DNA of 64,000 nt from an uncultured Methanobrevibacter sp. (GCA_900314635.1 OMVY01000009.1:50132-114131), one strand, 5' to 3'. Shown: positions 1 to 9,750, counted from the stretch's first letter. Made by a program: numbers and translations. Notes: generated by a model from the sequence alone, not told the origin.

Positions 1-289
1 TCAGCTCCTCCGGATTGGTAGATAGGAAATCCCTGCCCTTTTCTGTAATTGAATAGTATCCGAATCTTTTAAGCTCCACCAGCTCGGCCTTTTTAAGGCG
101 CATGTTGGCTGTGCTTATTCTTGATGATATTACCGGCTCCTTGTTCGGCATCTTCTCATTCAAGTCTTCTTCACTCAATTCCAATGTGTCAACGACTTCG
201 TCTATGATTTCTTGAACCTTGTATTCTTCCTTGTTTTCGATTACTTTAAGCAAAGGCAGCAGCAATTCGTTAGTTTGAGGTAAAACCAT
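1..289 (-). CDS. mrr: Mrr-type restriction endonuclease N-terminal winged-helix domain, 5' part only (runs off the left edge; not in the ORF track)
   Basis: Manual translation from ATG 289 (GGAG upstream) gives MVLPQTNELLLPLLKVIENKEEYKVQEIIDEVVDTLELSEEDLNEKMPNKEPVISSRISTANMRLKKAELVELKRFGYYSITEKGRDFL, matching the Mrr_N pattern (LMLPLL..., LKKAGL, G.Y.ITE.G). 96 codons, open to the edge. The catalytic domain is not visible. Confidence 0.72.
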   Translation of the reverse strand, partial: MVLPQTNELLLPLLKVIENKEEYKVQEIIDEVVDTLELSEEDLNEKMPNKEPVISSRISTANMRLKKAELVELKRFGYYSITEKGRDFLSTNPEEL

Positions 290-354
290 GATATCTCTCC
301 TTATTTTTTTTCTTTTGATTAAATTAAATAGTGTTTGCTAATTCGCATTCTTGA

Positions 355-494
355 AAAATGGCATAGCTATTTTTTCTTCATAATAATAAAATTATGTAAA
401 ATGGCATAGCTATTTTTTCTTCATAATAATAAAATTATGTAAAATGGCATAGCTATTTTTTCTTCATAATAATAAATATTATGTAAAATAGCAT
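355..494. repeat. Tandem repeat, 3 copies of a 43-bp unit plus a partial copy
   Basis: AAAATGGCATAGCTATTTTTTCTTCATAATAATAAAATTATGT at 355, 398 and 441 (third copy has a 1-nt insertion). No spacers. Confidence 0.95.
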
Positions 495-962
495 TCGCCT
501 AATTTCATTAATTAAATATTGTGTAAAATAGTATTTATTTATTAATATTTTATTGCATTGGATTATTTGTAATAATTTTTTTAGCAATTCTCAAAATATC
601 GGCTTTAATTAATTTTTTAAAAAGTCTTTTTTTCCATTTTTTCCATTTTTTTAACTAAAAAGCTTGTTTTTTTAATGAAATTGTGTAATAATTTCATTTG
701 AAAAACTTATATTTTTTAAGATTTCAATCGAAATTGTATATTTTTTGTACATCATTTTTTTAAAAAAAGCGATTTTGTAATAATTTTTTAATTTTTTTAT
801 TTTTTATTATAATTAAAAAAATAAGTATTTTTTATAGTTATATTTGATTTTAAAAAAAATATTAACTTTATTTACTAAATAAATGTGTTATAATTTGTTT
901 TATTTATTTTTCAATAATATGCATACATATTTGTGGTTTGTAATTTTTTTATTTTTTTAATT

Positions 963-1004
963 TTGTAATAATTAAATACAAAACTTTATATAGAATTATT
1001 ACAA
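963..1004 (+). promoter_or_regulatory. BRE/TATA promoter of the XRE gene enclosed by a perfect 11-bp inverted repeat (putative operator)
   Basis: TTGTAATAATT (963-973), 20-bp spacer containing ACAAAAC-TTTATATA (TATA 985-992), AATTATTACAA (994-1004). Confidence 0.65.
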
Positions 1005-1122
1005 TATATTTTATTGTCAAGATAAATATGGGATTTAATATCCTTCTTTTATTATTAAAATTTGTGATTTGAAAGTTTTCGAATTATGATTATATTTAAT
1101 AGCCAAAAGCAGGAGATATTTT

Positions 1123-1464
1123 ATGAGTACTGTTGGATCACGCATAAAAGAACTTAGAGAGTCAAAAGCTTTATCCCAGTCAGATTTAGCCATTTATCTT
1201 GGAATATCTCAACCGCTTTTATCCCAGATAGAAGCTGGAAACAGAAATTTAAATTTAACATTGCTTGACAAGCTTTGTTCCTTATTCGGATGTACAAATT
1301 CTTATATTCTTGGGGAAGATGACCACTACAGCGACATTCGTTTTGCTTTCAGATCCAAGAATGCGGCTGTTGAAGATCTGGACTGCGTAGCTGCAATAAA
1401 TAAGATGATTCTCAATTTAAGGTTCTTGAATAAAATCAATGCGGAAAAGGATTTCAATCAATGA
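1123..1464 (+). CDS. XRE/Cro-C1 family HTH transcriptional regulator
   Basis: IKELRE...LSQSDLAIYLGISQPLLSQIEAGNR HTH signature; FAFR linker typical of XRE proteins partnered with ImmA/IrrE peptidases; GGAG RBS. Confidence 0.9.
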   Translation: MSTVGSRIKELRESKALSQSDLAIYLGISQPLLSQIEAGNRNLNLTLLDKLCSLFGCTNSYILGEDDHYSDIRFAFRSKNAAVEDLDCVAAINKMILNLRFLNKINAEKDFNQ

Positions 1465-1696
1465 TTGTTTTCTAATAACTTCTGATGCTTATGATTACAG
1501 GTGGAAGAAATCATTTTCTATGGAGGAGTTAATCTAGCAATATTTTTTTTGATTAAGGGGGAATCTTGATATTGCAGGGGTAATTTAGATTAATGGTGGT
1601 AAATGATAATCATTTGTAGGTTGGAAAAATTTAATCTAAATTAAATCTGGTTAATTGATGATTATTAATTTTGGGATTTTTCAATCGGTGAATTTC

Positions 1697-2668
1697 ATGA
1701 TAGACAGACTAAAATTAAATTCATTTGCAGTTGAACTAAGGCATGAGTGGGAAATAAACTCATTAAGTCCTGTTAATTTATTAAACACAGTCTTATCCAG
1801 GATGCCCAATCTTACAATCCTGTATTATCCCATGAGTGATAATACAAGTGGAATGTGTGTTAAAGACATATATGATTCCAGTCTGGATGCCAACATCCTA
1901 AATTTAAAAGATTTAAATGGCGATTCAAGTCCTGACCGTGAATTCTCAAATCTAAAAGATTCAGATTTGGATGAGGATTCAAGTACAGGTTCTTTTAATG
2001 GTTTGGATGAGGATTCAAGTACAGGTTCAGATTTGGATGAGGATTCAAGTACAGGTTCTTTTAATGGTTTGGATGAGGATTCAAGTACAGGTTCAGATTT
2101 TGAATCCAAGATCTCCTCAGACATGTTAATTGGAATCAATTCAAACATGTCCATCGGCAGACAGAATTTTACCCTGGCTCATGAATTATATCATTTGCTG
2201 TATGAGGAAAACAAGAATAATTTTGTTATCTGCGATTATTCAAGCGAGAGCGAATCAGAGATTGAAGCAAATATTTTCGCTTCATACTTGCTGATACCTT
2301 ATGAAGGCTTGAAAAGATATGTTAAAAATATGAATATAAGCAAATGGTCCTTGGATGATGTAATCGCAGCTGAGCAATACTATCAAATCAGTCACATGGC
2401 GTTGCTGTTCAGGCTTGTCGAACAGAATTTTATCACTGAAGAGGAAAGCTTGGAATTCCAGAATGTGAAAATTAGTCATGAAGCCCGCATAAGAGGATTT
2501 AATGATGATTTATACTATCCAAGTCCGGAAGATAGAAAGTATTTCTCTTTGGGAAATTATGTAAAATCCGTTGGAAAGGCATACTCATCCAATAAGATTT
2601 CCGTTGGTAAGAAGGACGAGCTTCTTCTAGATGGTTTTAGAGGAGATTTAACCTTTAAGAAAAAATAA
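1697..2668 (+). CDS. ImmA/IrrE (DUF955) family Zn metallopeptidase with acidic repeat insertion
   Basis: RQNFTLAHELYH (HExxH) and EIEANIFASYLLIP motifs. Start placed at ATG 1697 (GGTG upstream) rather than the track start at 1655. Confidence 0.9.
   Translation: MIDRLKLNSFAVELRHEWEINSLSPVNLLNTVLSRMPNLTILYYPMSDNTSGMCVKDIYDSSLDANILNLKDLNGDSSPDREFSNLKDSDLDEDSSTGSFNGLDEDSSTGSDLDEDSSTGSFNGLDEDSSTGSDFESKISSDMLIGINSNMSIGRQNFTLAHELYHLLYEENKNNFVICDYSSESESEIEANIFASYLLIPYEGLKRYVKNMNISKWSLDDVIAAEQYYQISHMALLFRLVEQNFITEEESLEFQNVKISHEARIRGFNDDLYYPSPEDRKYFSLGNYVKSVGKAYSSNKISVGKKDELLLDGFRGDLTFKKK
1960..2100 (+). repeat. In-frame 66-bp tandem duplication (SDLDEDSSTGSFNGLDEDSSTG x2), four LDEDSSTGS sub-units
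   Basis: Identical 66-bp units at 1960 and 2026, partial third unit at 2092. Confidence 0.95.
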
Positions 2669-2873
2669 TTTCTGCAATCAAATTCATTAATTTAAAGAAT
2701 GAATAGTTTCCAGTTTTGATTCAAGTTCATAATTTAATTATGTAAAGTAAAAAAACATATGTAGGTCATATGTGAAGGGGGTAATATGTATTGATAAATT
2801 AAGATTTTCATTAATGCTTTTAATTTAAATCTTATTTTATCAGTCTATAATAATATGTAAAGGGAGTGATTTT

Positions 2874-3398
2874 TTGAAGTCTATTTTTTATGATATAGAT
2901 TGTTTAGTTTCTTTTTTGTTAATTGGCCGTTTGGATGTGTTAAAAAACGTATTTGATAAGATTTACATGTCTAACAAGGTTTTTGAACTCTATACGAATC
3001 CAAGTATTTCAAGTGATATTCGAGACGGAATAAATGAACTGGTTCAAGAGGAATTCATTAAAATTGAAGAAATCCGCTTGAATACTGATGAATTCGATAT
3101 TTATTACTCTTTAATCAATGACGGTGAGACAGACCGTTACATAGGCAAAGGGGAGGCATCTACAATAGCTCTTGCTGTAAAGCACAAGGCCATTGTATTA
3201 TGCAATGACTGCAAGAATGTAGGATTTTATCTGGAAAAGTATTCTTTGAAGTCCTTGAATACCGCTGATATTATAAAAAGAGCTTATCAGAAGAAGATCA
3301 TAACTCGCGATGATGCCGAGGAAATATGGGGCCAGATGAAAAAACAGGGAGTTCTGCTTCCTGATGATTCATTCAAGCAATATTTGAAAGGATTATGA
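2874..3398 (+). CDS. PIN-domain protein (putative RNase toxin)
   Basis: N-terminal FYDIDC strand, IGKGEASTIALA and LCND motifs of PIN proteins that accompany XRE-ImmA pairs; TTG start with GGAGTG RBS. Confidence 0.8.
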   Translation: MKSIFYDIDCLVSFLLIGRLDVLKNVFDKIYMSNKVFELYTNPSISSDIRDGINELVQEEFIKIEEIRLNTDEFDIYYSLINDGETDRYIGKGEASTIALAVKHKAIVLCNDCKNVGFYLEKYSLKSLNTADIIKRAYQKKIITRDDAEEIWGQMKKQGVLLPDDSFKQYLKGL

Positions 3399-3761
3399 TA
3401 TTTTAAAAATATTTTGTCCGATTTTTTTTATTTTCATTATCTCAATAATAATGAATTTTATAACTTTTTTTATTTTTTTCTGATTAGTAAACTTCATTTC
3501 TTATTATGTTTTATTTTAAAATCAATCATTCTTTATTTTAGTTATTAAGGATTATAATTTTCTTATTATTTGATAATTTACTAATTATTTATTTTTAATA
3601 TATTTCAACTAATTTTAATTCTAATTTTTAAGTTTAAATCAATTTAAAGTAGATTTTTTAAATACAAATATTTAAATACATAATTGTAAAATATAGTTAT
3701 TGCATTGAATTAATTATTCGATTTTAAAATTATGCATATGATAATTTAGGGAGGTGTTATA

Positions 3762-4940
3762 GTGTTATGTCCAAAATGTAATACTGTGAACTCTGATAAT
3801 GAGAAATACTGTAGGAACTGCGGTTTTCAATTGAATGCTTCAAGAATCTGTCCTCAGTGCGGAAAAGTCAATCAGCATAATTCCAGATACTGTGATGAAT
3901 GCGGAGCTACTTTAAGCCCTGTAAACAGCTTTAAGAAGGATGTAACATCCGCAGGCAAGGAATCTTCATTTTTTAACAAGTATAAAACAGTGCTTATTGC
4001 TGCTTTGATTCTGGTTTTAGCTATTGGAGCCGTTACAGGAATCGCACTATATGGTGGAAATGACAATGGAGGAGATGACGAGCCTTTCTTCCCATTGGTC
4101 AATGGAAATAACAGTCAAATCGATGACAACACTCCTTTGAATGATAATGGCAGTGACTTGGATGACAATCAGACAGAGGATGTTAAAAATCTAACTGATG
4201 ATAAGAATCTGACTAATAAAAGCGATAATCAGGCAAAGAGTGAAAACAAGACCAATAAAACCGATCAGGTTAAATCTGATAACAAAACTGAACAAGTAAA
4301 AACAGATAATAAGACTGAACAAGTAAAAACAGATAATAAGACTGAACAAGTAAAAACAGATAATAAGACTGATGTTAAAATTGAAAATAAAACTAAGCCT
4401 GTTGTATCTGATAACAAAACTGAACAAGTAAAAACAGATAATAAAACTCAAACTGGACTGATTAACATGAATAATAAAACAAATGATTCAAATAAAAACC
4501 AGAATGAGGGTTCCAGTTTTAAAATCAAGATGAAAGATGTTCCTAATCTTGCAAAGGAAGTCGCAGACAGGAATTATGACTTCTCCAGCATTGATTACAA
4601 GGGCAATAGCTACAGCGAGTCCCAATGCATTTATATCTTCTCAAAATATGTTTTAAAGATCGATAGCGGCGATGACTCTGCAATAACAGTAAGGTCTATA
4701 AGCAAGGCTCCTAATCCAAATGCCGAGGATTTAAGTCAGGAAATCAGCAAGAAAGATTATATCAGCATGGCTGGAAGAATTGTTTCATTTATAGACAACA
4801 ACAATGCTGTTCCTAATTATGTCGGAATCTCAAGCATTGGCCCTAGGGACTTGTCTCCGGATAAATTGTTGTATCTATACTCCCAGATTGTTTTAAACTA
4901 TGGAGTGACTGGAGACCTTCCGGAATCTGTTGAAATTTAA
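3762..4940 (+). CDS. Double zinc-ribbon, single-TM, low-complexity linker, pseudomurein-binding-repeat protein
   Basis: CPKC..CRNC and CPQC..CDEC ribbons; hydrophobic span TVLIAALILVLAIGAVTGIALYG; C-terminal KKDYISMAGRIVSFIDNNNAVPNYV and LLYLYSQIV...LPESV resembling PMB repeats; GGAGGTG-N5-GTG start. Confidence 0.75.
   Translation: MLCPKCNTVNSDNEKYCRNCGFQLNASRICPQCGKVNQHNSRYCDECGATLSPVNSFKKDVTSAGKESSFFNKYKTVLIAALILVLAIGAVTGIALYGGNDNGGDDEPFFPLVNGNNSQIDDNTPLNDNGSDLDDNQTEDVKNLTDDKNLTNKSDNQAKSENKTNKTDQVKSDNKTEQVKTDNKTEQVKTDNKTEQVKTDNKTDVKIENKTKPVVSDNKTEQVKTDNKTQTGLINMNNKTNDSNKNQNEGSSFKIKMKDVPNLAKEVADRNYDFSSIDYKGNSYSESQCIYIFSKYVLKIDSGDDSAITVRSISKAPNPNAEDLSQEISKKDYISMAGRIVSFIDNNNAVPNYVGISSIGPRDLSPDKLLYLYSQIVLNYGVTGDLPESVEI
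4291..4371 (+). repeat. In-frame 27-bp tandem repeat x3 (EQVKTDNKT)
   Basis: AACAAGTAAAAACAGATAATAAGACTG at 4291, 4318 and 4345; degenerate copies flank it. Confidence 0.95.
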
Positions 4941-5420
4941 AATTTATTGATTATTTAAGTTTTCAACTTAATTTAATCAATCTATTTTTTTTATTTTTTA
5001 TAATAAATCATTATTTTATTTTTCTTATACTCTTTTTGGTTTCCATATCTAAAATCAAGGATTATATTTTACTATTTTTAACTATTTATTGATTTAATGA
5101 GTCTATTTTACTATTTAAAACTATTTAATCATATTTCAAAAAGAAATTTTTTGAAAATAATAAGTTTTAAAAAATAGAAAAAACTAATTAATAATTGTAT
5201 AAATTTTTCAAGTTTGAAATTTTTTTATCAATTTGGAATATTTTTCCTGATTGGTATTTTTTTTCAATTTGGAATATTTTCCGGATTTGGAATTTTTTCC
5301 TAATTGAAGATTATTTTGAGTTTTTAATTAAATTTCAATGATTTAAATTTTAATTGAATTATAGATTTACGATTAAGCAAATATTTAAAATAAATGATAA
5401 AACTTATTAAAGGTGATTAT

Positions 5421-6365
5421 GTGATAGGGCCATGGGTAGAAAAGTACAGACCTCAGACTTTGGATGATGTTGTGGGACAAAAGCATATTGTAAGCAGGCT
5501 GAACAAGTATGTGGAGCAGCAGAGCATGCCTAATTTAATGTTTACAGGTCCTGCAGGAGTAGGAAAGACCACATCAGCTCTTGCTCTTGTCAAATCAATG
5601 CTTGGAGACTATTGGAGGCAGAACTTCCTGGAGCTCAATGCTTCAGATGCAAGGGGAATCGATACTGTAAGGAATAACATCAAGCAGTTCTGCCGTTTGA
5701 AACCTGTAGGCGCTCCATTTAGAATAATCTTCCTGGATGAAGTAGATAACATGACAAAGGATGCTCAAAGCGCACTTAGACGTGAAATGGAAATGTATAC
5801 CAAAACAGCTTCATTCATACTCTCATGCAACTACTCCTCCAAGATTATCGATCCTATTCAATCAAGATGCGCGATTTTCAGATTCACTCCTATAAAGGGC
5901 GAGGAGATTGCCGAGAGACTAAAATTCATATCCGAAAGCGAGAACTGTGAATATACCGACGAAGCCATCGACCTCATTGTCAAATTCGGCGAGGGCGATA
6001 TGCGTAAATCCATCAACATGCTTCAGTCAGCAGCATCTGAAGGTTCAATTACTGAAGACCATGTCTATGATGTAGTATCAAAGGCAAAGCCTCATGAAAT
6101 CAAGAACATGGTTGATGCTGCATTGATGGGGGATTTCCTCAAAGCCCGTAATATCCTGAGGGAAGAGATGATCATGCAGGGAACCAGCGGAGAGGATATG
6201 GTGAATCAGATCTACCAGGAAGTCTCCGGACGCGTGATGGATGGAAAAATGGATGGTGATGTCTACATGGATTTGATTTCTGTAATAGCTGAAGCGGATT
6301 TCAGAATCCGTGAAGGAGCTAATCCTAGAATCCAGTTGGAAGCATTGCTGGCACAATTCTTATAG
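5421..6365 (+). CDS. rfcS: Replication factor C small subunit
   Basis: [29 protein letters not shown] and SRC motifs; AGGTG-N5-GTG at 5421; no intein. Confidence 0.97.
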   Translation: MIGPWVEKYRPQTLDDVVGQKHIVSRLNKYVEQQSMPNLMFTGPAGVGKTTSALALVKSMLGDYWRQNFLELNASDARGIDTVRNNIKQFCRLKPVGAPFRIIFLDEVDNMTKDAQSALRREMEMYTKTASFILSCNYSSKIIDPIQSRCAIFRFTPIKGEEIAERLKFISESENCEYTDEAIDLIVKFGEGDMRKSINMLQSAASEGSITEDHVYDVVSKAKPHEIKNMVDAALMGDFLKARNILREEMIMQGTSGEDMVNQIYQEVSGRVMDGKMDGDVYMDLISVIAEADFRIREGANPRIQLEALLAQFL

Positions 6366-6388
6366 CATTTAAATTAATGAGTGTAATT

Positions 6389-8011
6389 ATGTTATGGACA
6401 GAAAAGTACCGACCAAAGACCTTCAGCGAGGTTATTGGAAACGGCAAGGAGAAAAAGGAGATTCAAGCATGGCTTGATGGGTGGAAAAACGGCATTCCAC
6501 AGCCTGCTTTATTGCTCGTAGGTCCTCCGGGAACAGGAAAGACAACAATGGCTCATATAATAGCTAATGAATTCTCTGAATATGTTGAATTGAATGCCAG
6601 CGACAAGCGTTCCCAGGATGTGCTTTTAAACACAATAGGCGAATCCTCAGCAACTAGGTCCCTTTTCGGAGAAAACAGGAAGCTTCTGATTATGGACGAG
6701 GTTGACGGAATACATGGAACCAACGACCGTGGAGGAACAAGAGCTTTAAACAAGATCATCAAGGAAAGCAAGCAGCCTATTGTCATGATGGCAAATGATT
6801 TCTACAGCAAGAAGCTCACCACAATAAAAAAGAATTCCCATGTAATAAAAATGAGCAAGATACGCTCCAACTCATTGAATGCCTTTTTAAAGAAAGTTTT
6901 GAAGAGTGAAGGCATTGAAGCGGATCCCGAGCTTGTAAAGAAGCTGGCCAAACGTTCAAGCGGTGACATACGCTCTGCTTTGAATACCCTTCAGGCCATA
7001 GTTGAAAACGGGGAGGAGCTGAGCGAGGAATCCTTGAATGCAACCAGCCAGAAAGATAATACTGCAACCATATTCGATACTGTAACCCGTGTTTTAAAAA
7101 GCAAGGATCCTGTCAAGGTCAAAAGGACATTGTTTGAAAACAATGAAGAGCCTTCCCTTGTCATGGAATACATTGCTGAAAACATTCCAAGGGAATATGA
7201 AAGCAGAAAGGAAATCAAAAAGGCTTATGACATGATTTCAAAAGCGGACATATTCTTTGGAAGAACAAGGGCCACAAGAAACTACGGATTCTGGAGATAT
7301 GCTTCAGATTTCATGGGCACTGGAGTTGCAATGAGCAAGAGAGAGACCTACAAGAAGTTCACCAAGGTTCAAAGTCCCGGTTCATTCAGCCTTATGGGCC
7401 GATCCCGTGGAAAAAGGGCTCTTAGAGACAATATCGCAGCTAAGATGGAGGAGAAGATGCATGTCTCCCTGGAGATTGCATATACCATGTTCCCTTATTT
7501 CGAGATAATGTTTCAAGATGACGAGACAGCATGGGAGATTTCCGACTTCTTGGAACTTGATGATGATGAAATCAAGCGTTTCAGGAAGAAAAAGATACCT
7601 AAAAAGGTAGTCACAAAAATGGAGGCAATCAAAGCTGAAATGAGGGCTGAAGAGCTTGAAAAATGGCGTCAGGATGTTAAAGAGGGAATATTTGCTTATG
7701 CTTCTCAAAATGATGCAAGGGACATAATCGAAGAAGCGCCGGATGTTGAAGGTGGACTTGAGATTGATGGCCATTTCGAATCAGAAACTAATATTGAAGA
7801 TGAGATATTCATTGACGACAGCGATTCATATGAGATTTCTGATGATGAGCTGGATGAGATAGCTCAGGAAATAGGCATGGAAAAGCAGTCACGTTTAAAT
7901 CCAGTTAGCGAAGATGATTCTTCCAAATCCAAGACAAAGTCTCGAAAAAGAACAAGAGAACCTGTTGAAGAGCCTAGGGATAAAGGTCAGACTTCCTTGT
8001 TTAATTTCTAA
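6389..8011 (+). CDS. rfcL: Replication factor C large subunit with long acidic tail and C-terminal PIP box
   Basis: [21 protein letters not shown] and MDEVDG motifs; ends QTSLFNF (PCNA-interacting motif); directly downstream of rfcS. Track start is 6377. Confidence 0.96.
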   Translation: MLWTEKYRPKTFSEVIGNGKEKKEIQAWLDGWKNGIPQPALLLVGPPGTGKTTMAHIIANEFSEYVELNASDKRSQDVLLNTIGESSATRSLFGENRKLLIMDEVDGIHGTNDRGGTRALNKIIKESKQPIVMMANDFYSKKLTTIKKNSHVIKMSKIRSNSLNAFLKKVLKSEGIEADPELVKKLAKRSSGDIRSALNTLQAIVENGEELSEESLNATSQKDNTATIFDTVTRVLKSKDPVKVKRTLFENNEEPSLVMEYIAENIPREYESRKEIKKAYDMISKADIFFGRTRATRNYGFWRYASDFMGTGVAMSKRETYKKFTKVQSPGSFSLMGRSRGKRALRDNIAAKMEEKMHVSLEIAYTMFPYFEIMFQDDETAWEISDFLELDDDEIKRFRKKKIPKKVVTKMEAIKAEMRAEELEKWRQDVKEGIFAYASQNDARDIIEEAPDVEGGLEIDGHFESETNIEDEIFIDDSDSYEISDDELDEIAQEIGMEKQSRLNPVSEDDSSKSKTKSRKRTREPVEEPRDKGQTSLFNF

Positions 8012-8457
8012 TTCATATGATTTTTAGATAATGCAATTTCATAAAATCATAAGTAAATAAGTTGAACATGTGTTTTGGGTATGTCTAAATTAAATTTTTT
8101 TACAATTCTTAAAAATAATAATTTATTATTTTTTTACAATTCTTAATATTAATTAAGAATTTTCTTATTTTTCCAATACACAAGTTCTGTAGCTATTTTT
8201 TTTTTTTAATCATCATATGCGCTTTTTTAAATAGTTTTTATTCATTAATTACCAATAATCCTTTTTTGTAAAATTTTTTATTCTTTAAATTATTCCATTT
8301 GATAAATAGATAGATTTAAATATTTTAGTAACCTTAATATACTTTAATTGATATAATATTTATATCAATTATTATTTGATTTATACTGTTAATTTATCAA
8401 ATTAAATCTATCTAATTAAACTAACTAAATTAAATTTATAAAAAAGAGGTTTTTTTT

Positions 8458-9423
8458 ATGAAGGGAACATGGAGACTTAAATTGAGACTGTGGTTTGCCA
8501 TGCTTGTCATGTTCGGCCTGGTTTACTTTATTTTAATGCTTGCAGGTTCTTTACTGGGCTTTGGTGGAAGCATAAGCTTTTACTTTGTAATGGGTATTGT
8601 CGTACTGTTCATACAATACCTTGCAGGACCTAAGATTGTGGAAAAATCAATGGGCGTTCATTACTTGTCCGAAGGTGAAGCTCCTGAAATTCACAAGATT
8701 GTTGAAGAACTGGCTAGTGAAGCTGGAATACCTAAGCCTAAGGTAGGCATGTCCAATACTATGGTTCCTAATGCTTTCGCTTATGGAAGAAGCAAGCGCA
8801 GCGGCCATGTGTGCGTTACAAGGGGAATTCTCGGCCTGCTTGACAGGGAGGAGCTGAAAGCTGTTCTTGGTCATGAAATATCCCATATCAAGCATAATGA
8901 CATGGCAATTACAACCATTGTAAGTGCAATTCCATTGGTATGCTACTACTTGTCATTTTCATTAATGTTTTCAGGAGGAAGCAGGGATGATAATGGTGCA
9001 GGCATCTTGATTGGATTAGGTGCAATGATTGCTTATTTCCTTAGCCAGCTGATAGTGCTGTTCATATCCCGTGTGAGGGAATATTATGCTGATGCCGGAA
9101 GTGTTGAGCTTGGATGCAAGCCTGAAAAATTAGCTTCAGCATTGTATAAGCTTGTCTATGGAGCTGCTAAGATTCCACAGGATGAAATCAAGGATATTGA
9201 AGGATCCAAGGCATTTTTCCTAACTGACGTATCCAAAGCAGGCAGTCAGATAACTGAATTGTCACAGCTTGATTTGAATCATGATGGCGTCATTAGCGCT
9301 GAAGAGCTTCAACGCTTGAAAGACAATGACATACGTGTTGGAAGAGGAGGCAGTTTAATGGAATTACTGTCAACTCACCCTGACATGCTCAAGAGAATAA
9401 AAAGACTGGCTGATAACAGCTGA
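8458..9423 (+). CDS. htpX: HtpX family membrane Zn metalloprotease (M48)
   Basis: PNAFAYG, VLGHEISH, SRVREYYAD and STHP motifs; multiple TM spans. Confidence 0.93.
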   Translation: MKGTWRLKLRLWFAMLVMFGLVYFILMLAGSLLGFGGSISFYFVMGIVVLFIQYLAGPKIVEKSMGVHYLSEGEAPEIHKIVEELASEAGIPKPKVGMSNTMVPNAFAYGRSKRSGHVCVTRGILGLLDREELKAVLGHEISHIKHNDMAITTIVSAIPLVCYYLSFSLMFSGGSRDDNGAGILIGLGAMIAYFLSQLIVLFISRVREYYADAGSVELGCKPEKLASALYKLVYGAAKIPQDEIKDIEGSKAFFLTDVSKAGSQITELSQLDLNHDGVISAEELQRLKDNDIRVGRGGSLMELLSTHPDMLKRIKRLADNS

Positions 9424-9534
9424 TTTATTTTTATTCTTTTTACTCAATGGATATATTATTCATTGAAGTAATTTTTTCTTTTTTTTATCCAGTATAAATT
9501 GGGTAAATTATATTATTACTTATTTTTAAAATCC

Positions 9535-9552
9535 AAATACAAAACTTTATAT
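9535..9552 (+). promoter_or_regulatory. BRE/TATA element upstream of uvrA
   Basis: AAATACAAAACTTTATAT, identical to 974-991. A second TATA-like TTTATATA lies near 9658. Confidence 0.5.
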
Positions 9553-9750
9553 TTACATAAATACAATATAGTTTTATTATAATAAAACAATTATTTGGAT
9601 ATGATTTTATCATGGCATTTGAAGCTCAATACTTTTCAAATGCTCTATCTAAAATGATTTATATATTAGAATAAAAATAACAATATGATTATAAATTAAT
9701 AATTATTAAAATTATTAAAACCACAATTATTTTTATGTTTAGGTGAAAAA

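Noticed and set aside
355-494. 43-bp repeats as a CRISPR array
   Set aside because: Units are contiguous with no unique spacers; no cas genes nearby.
5421-6365. Intein in the RFC small subunit
   Set aside because: Length and motif spacing are normal; no insertion after the Walker A motif.
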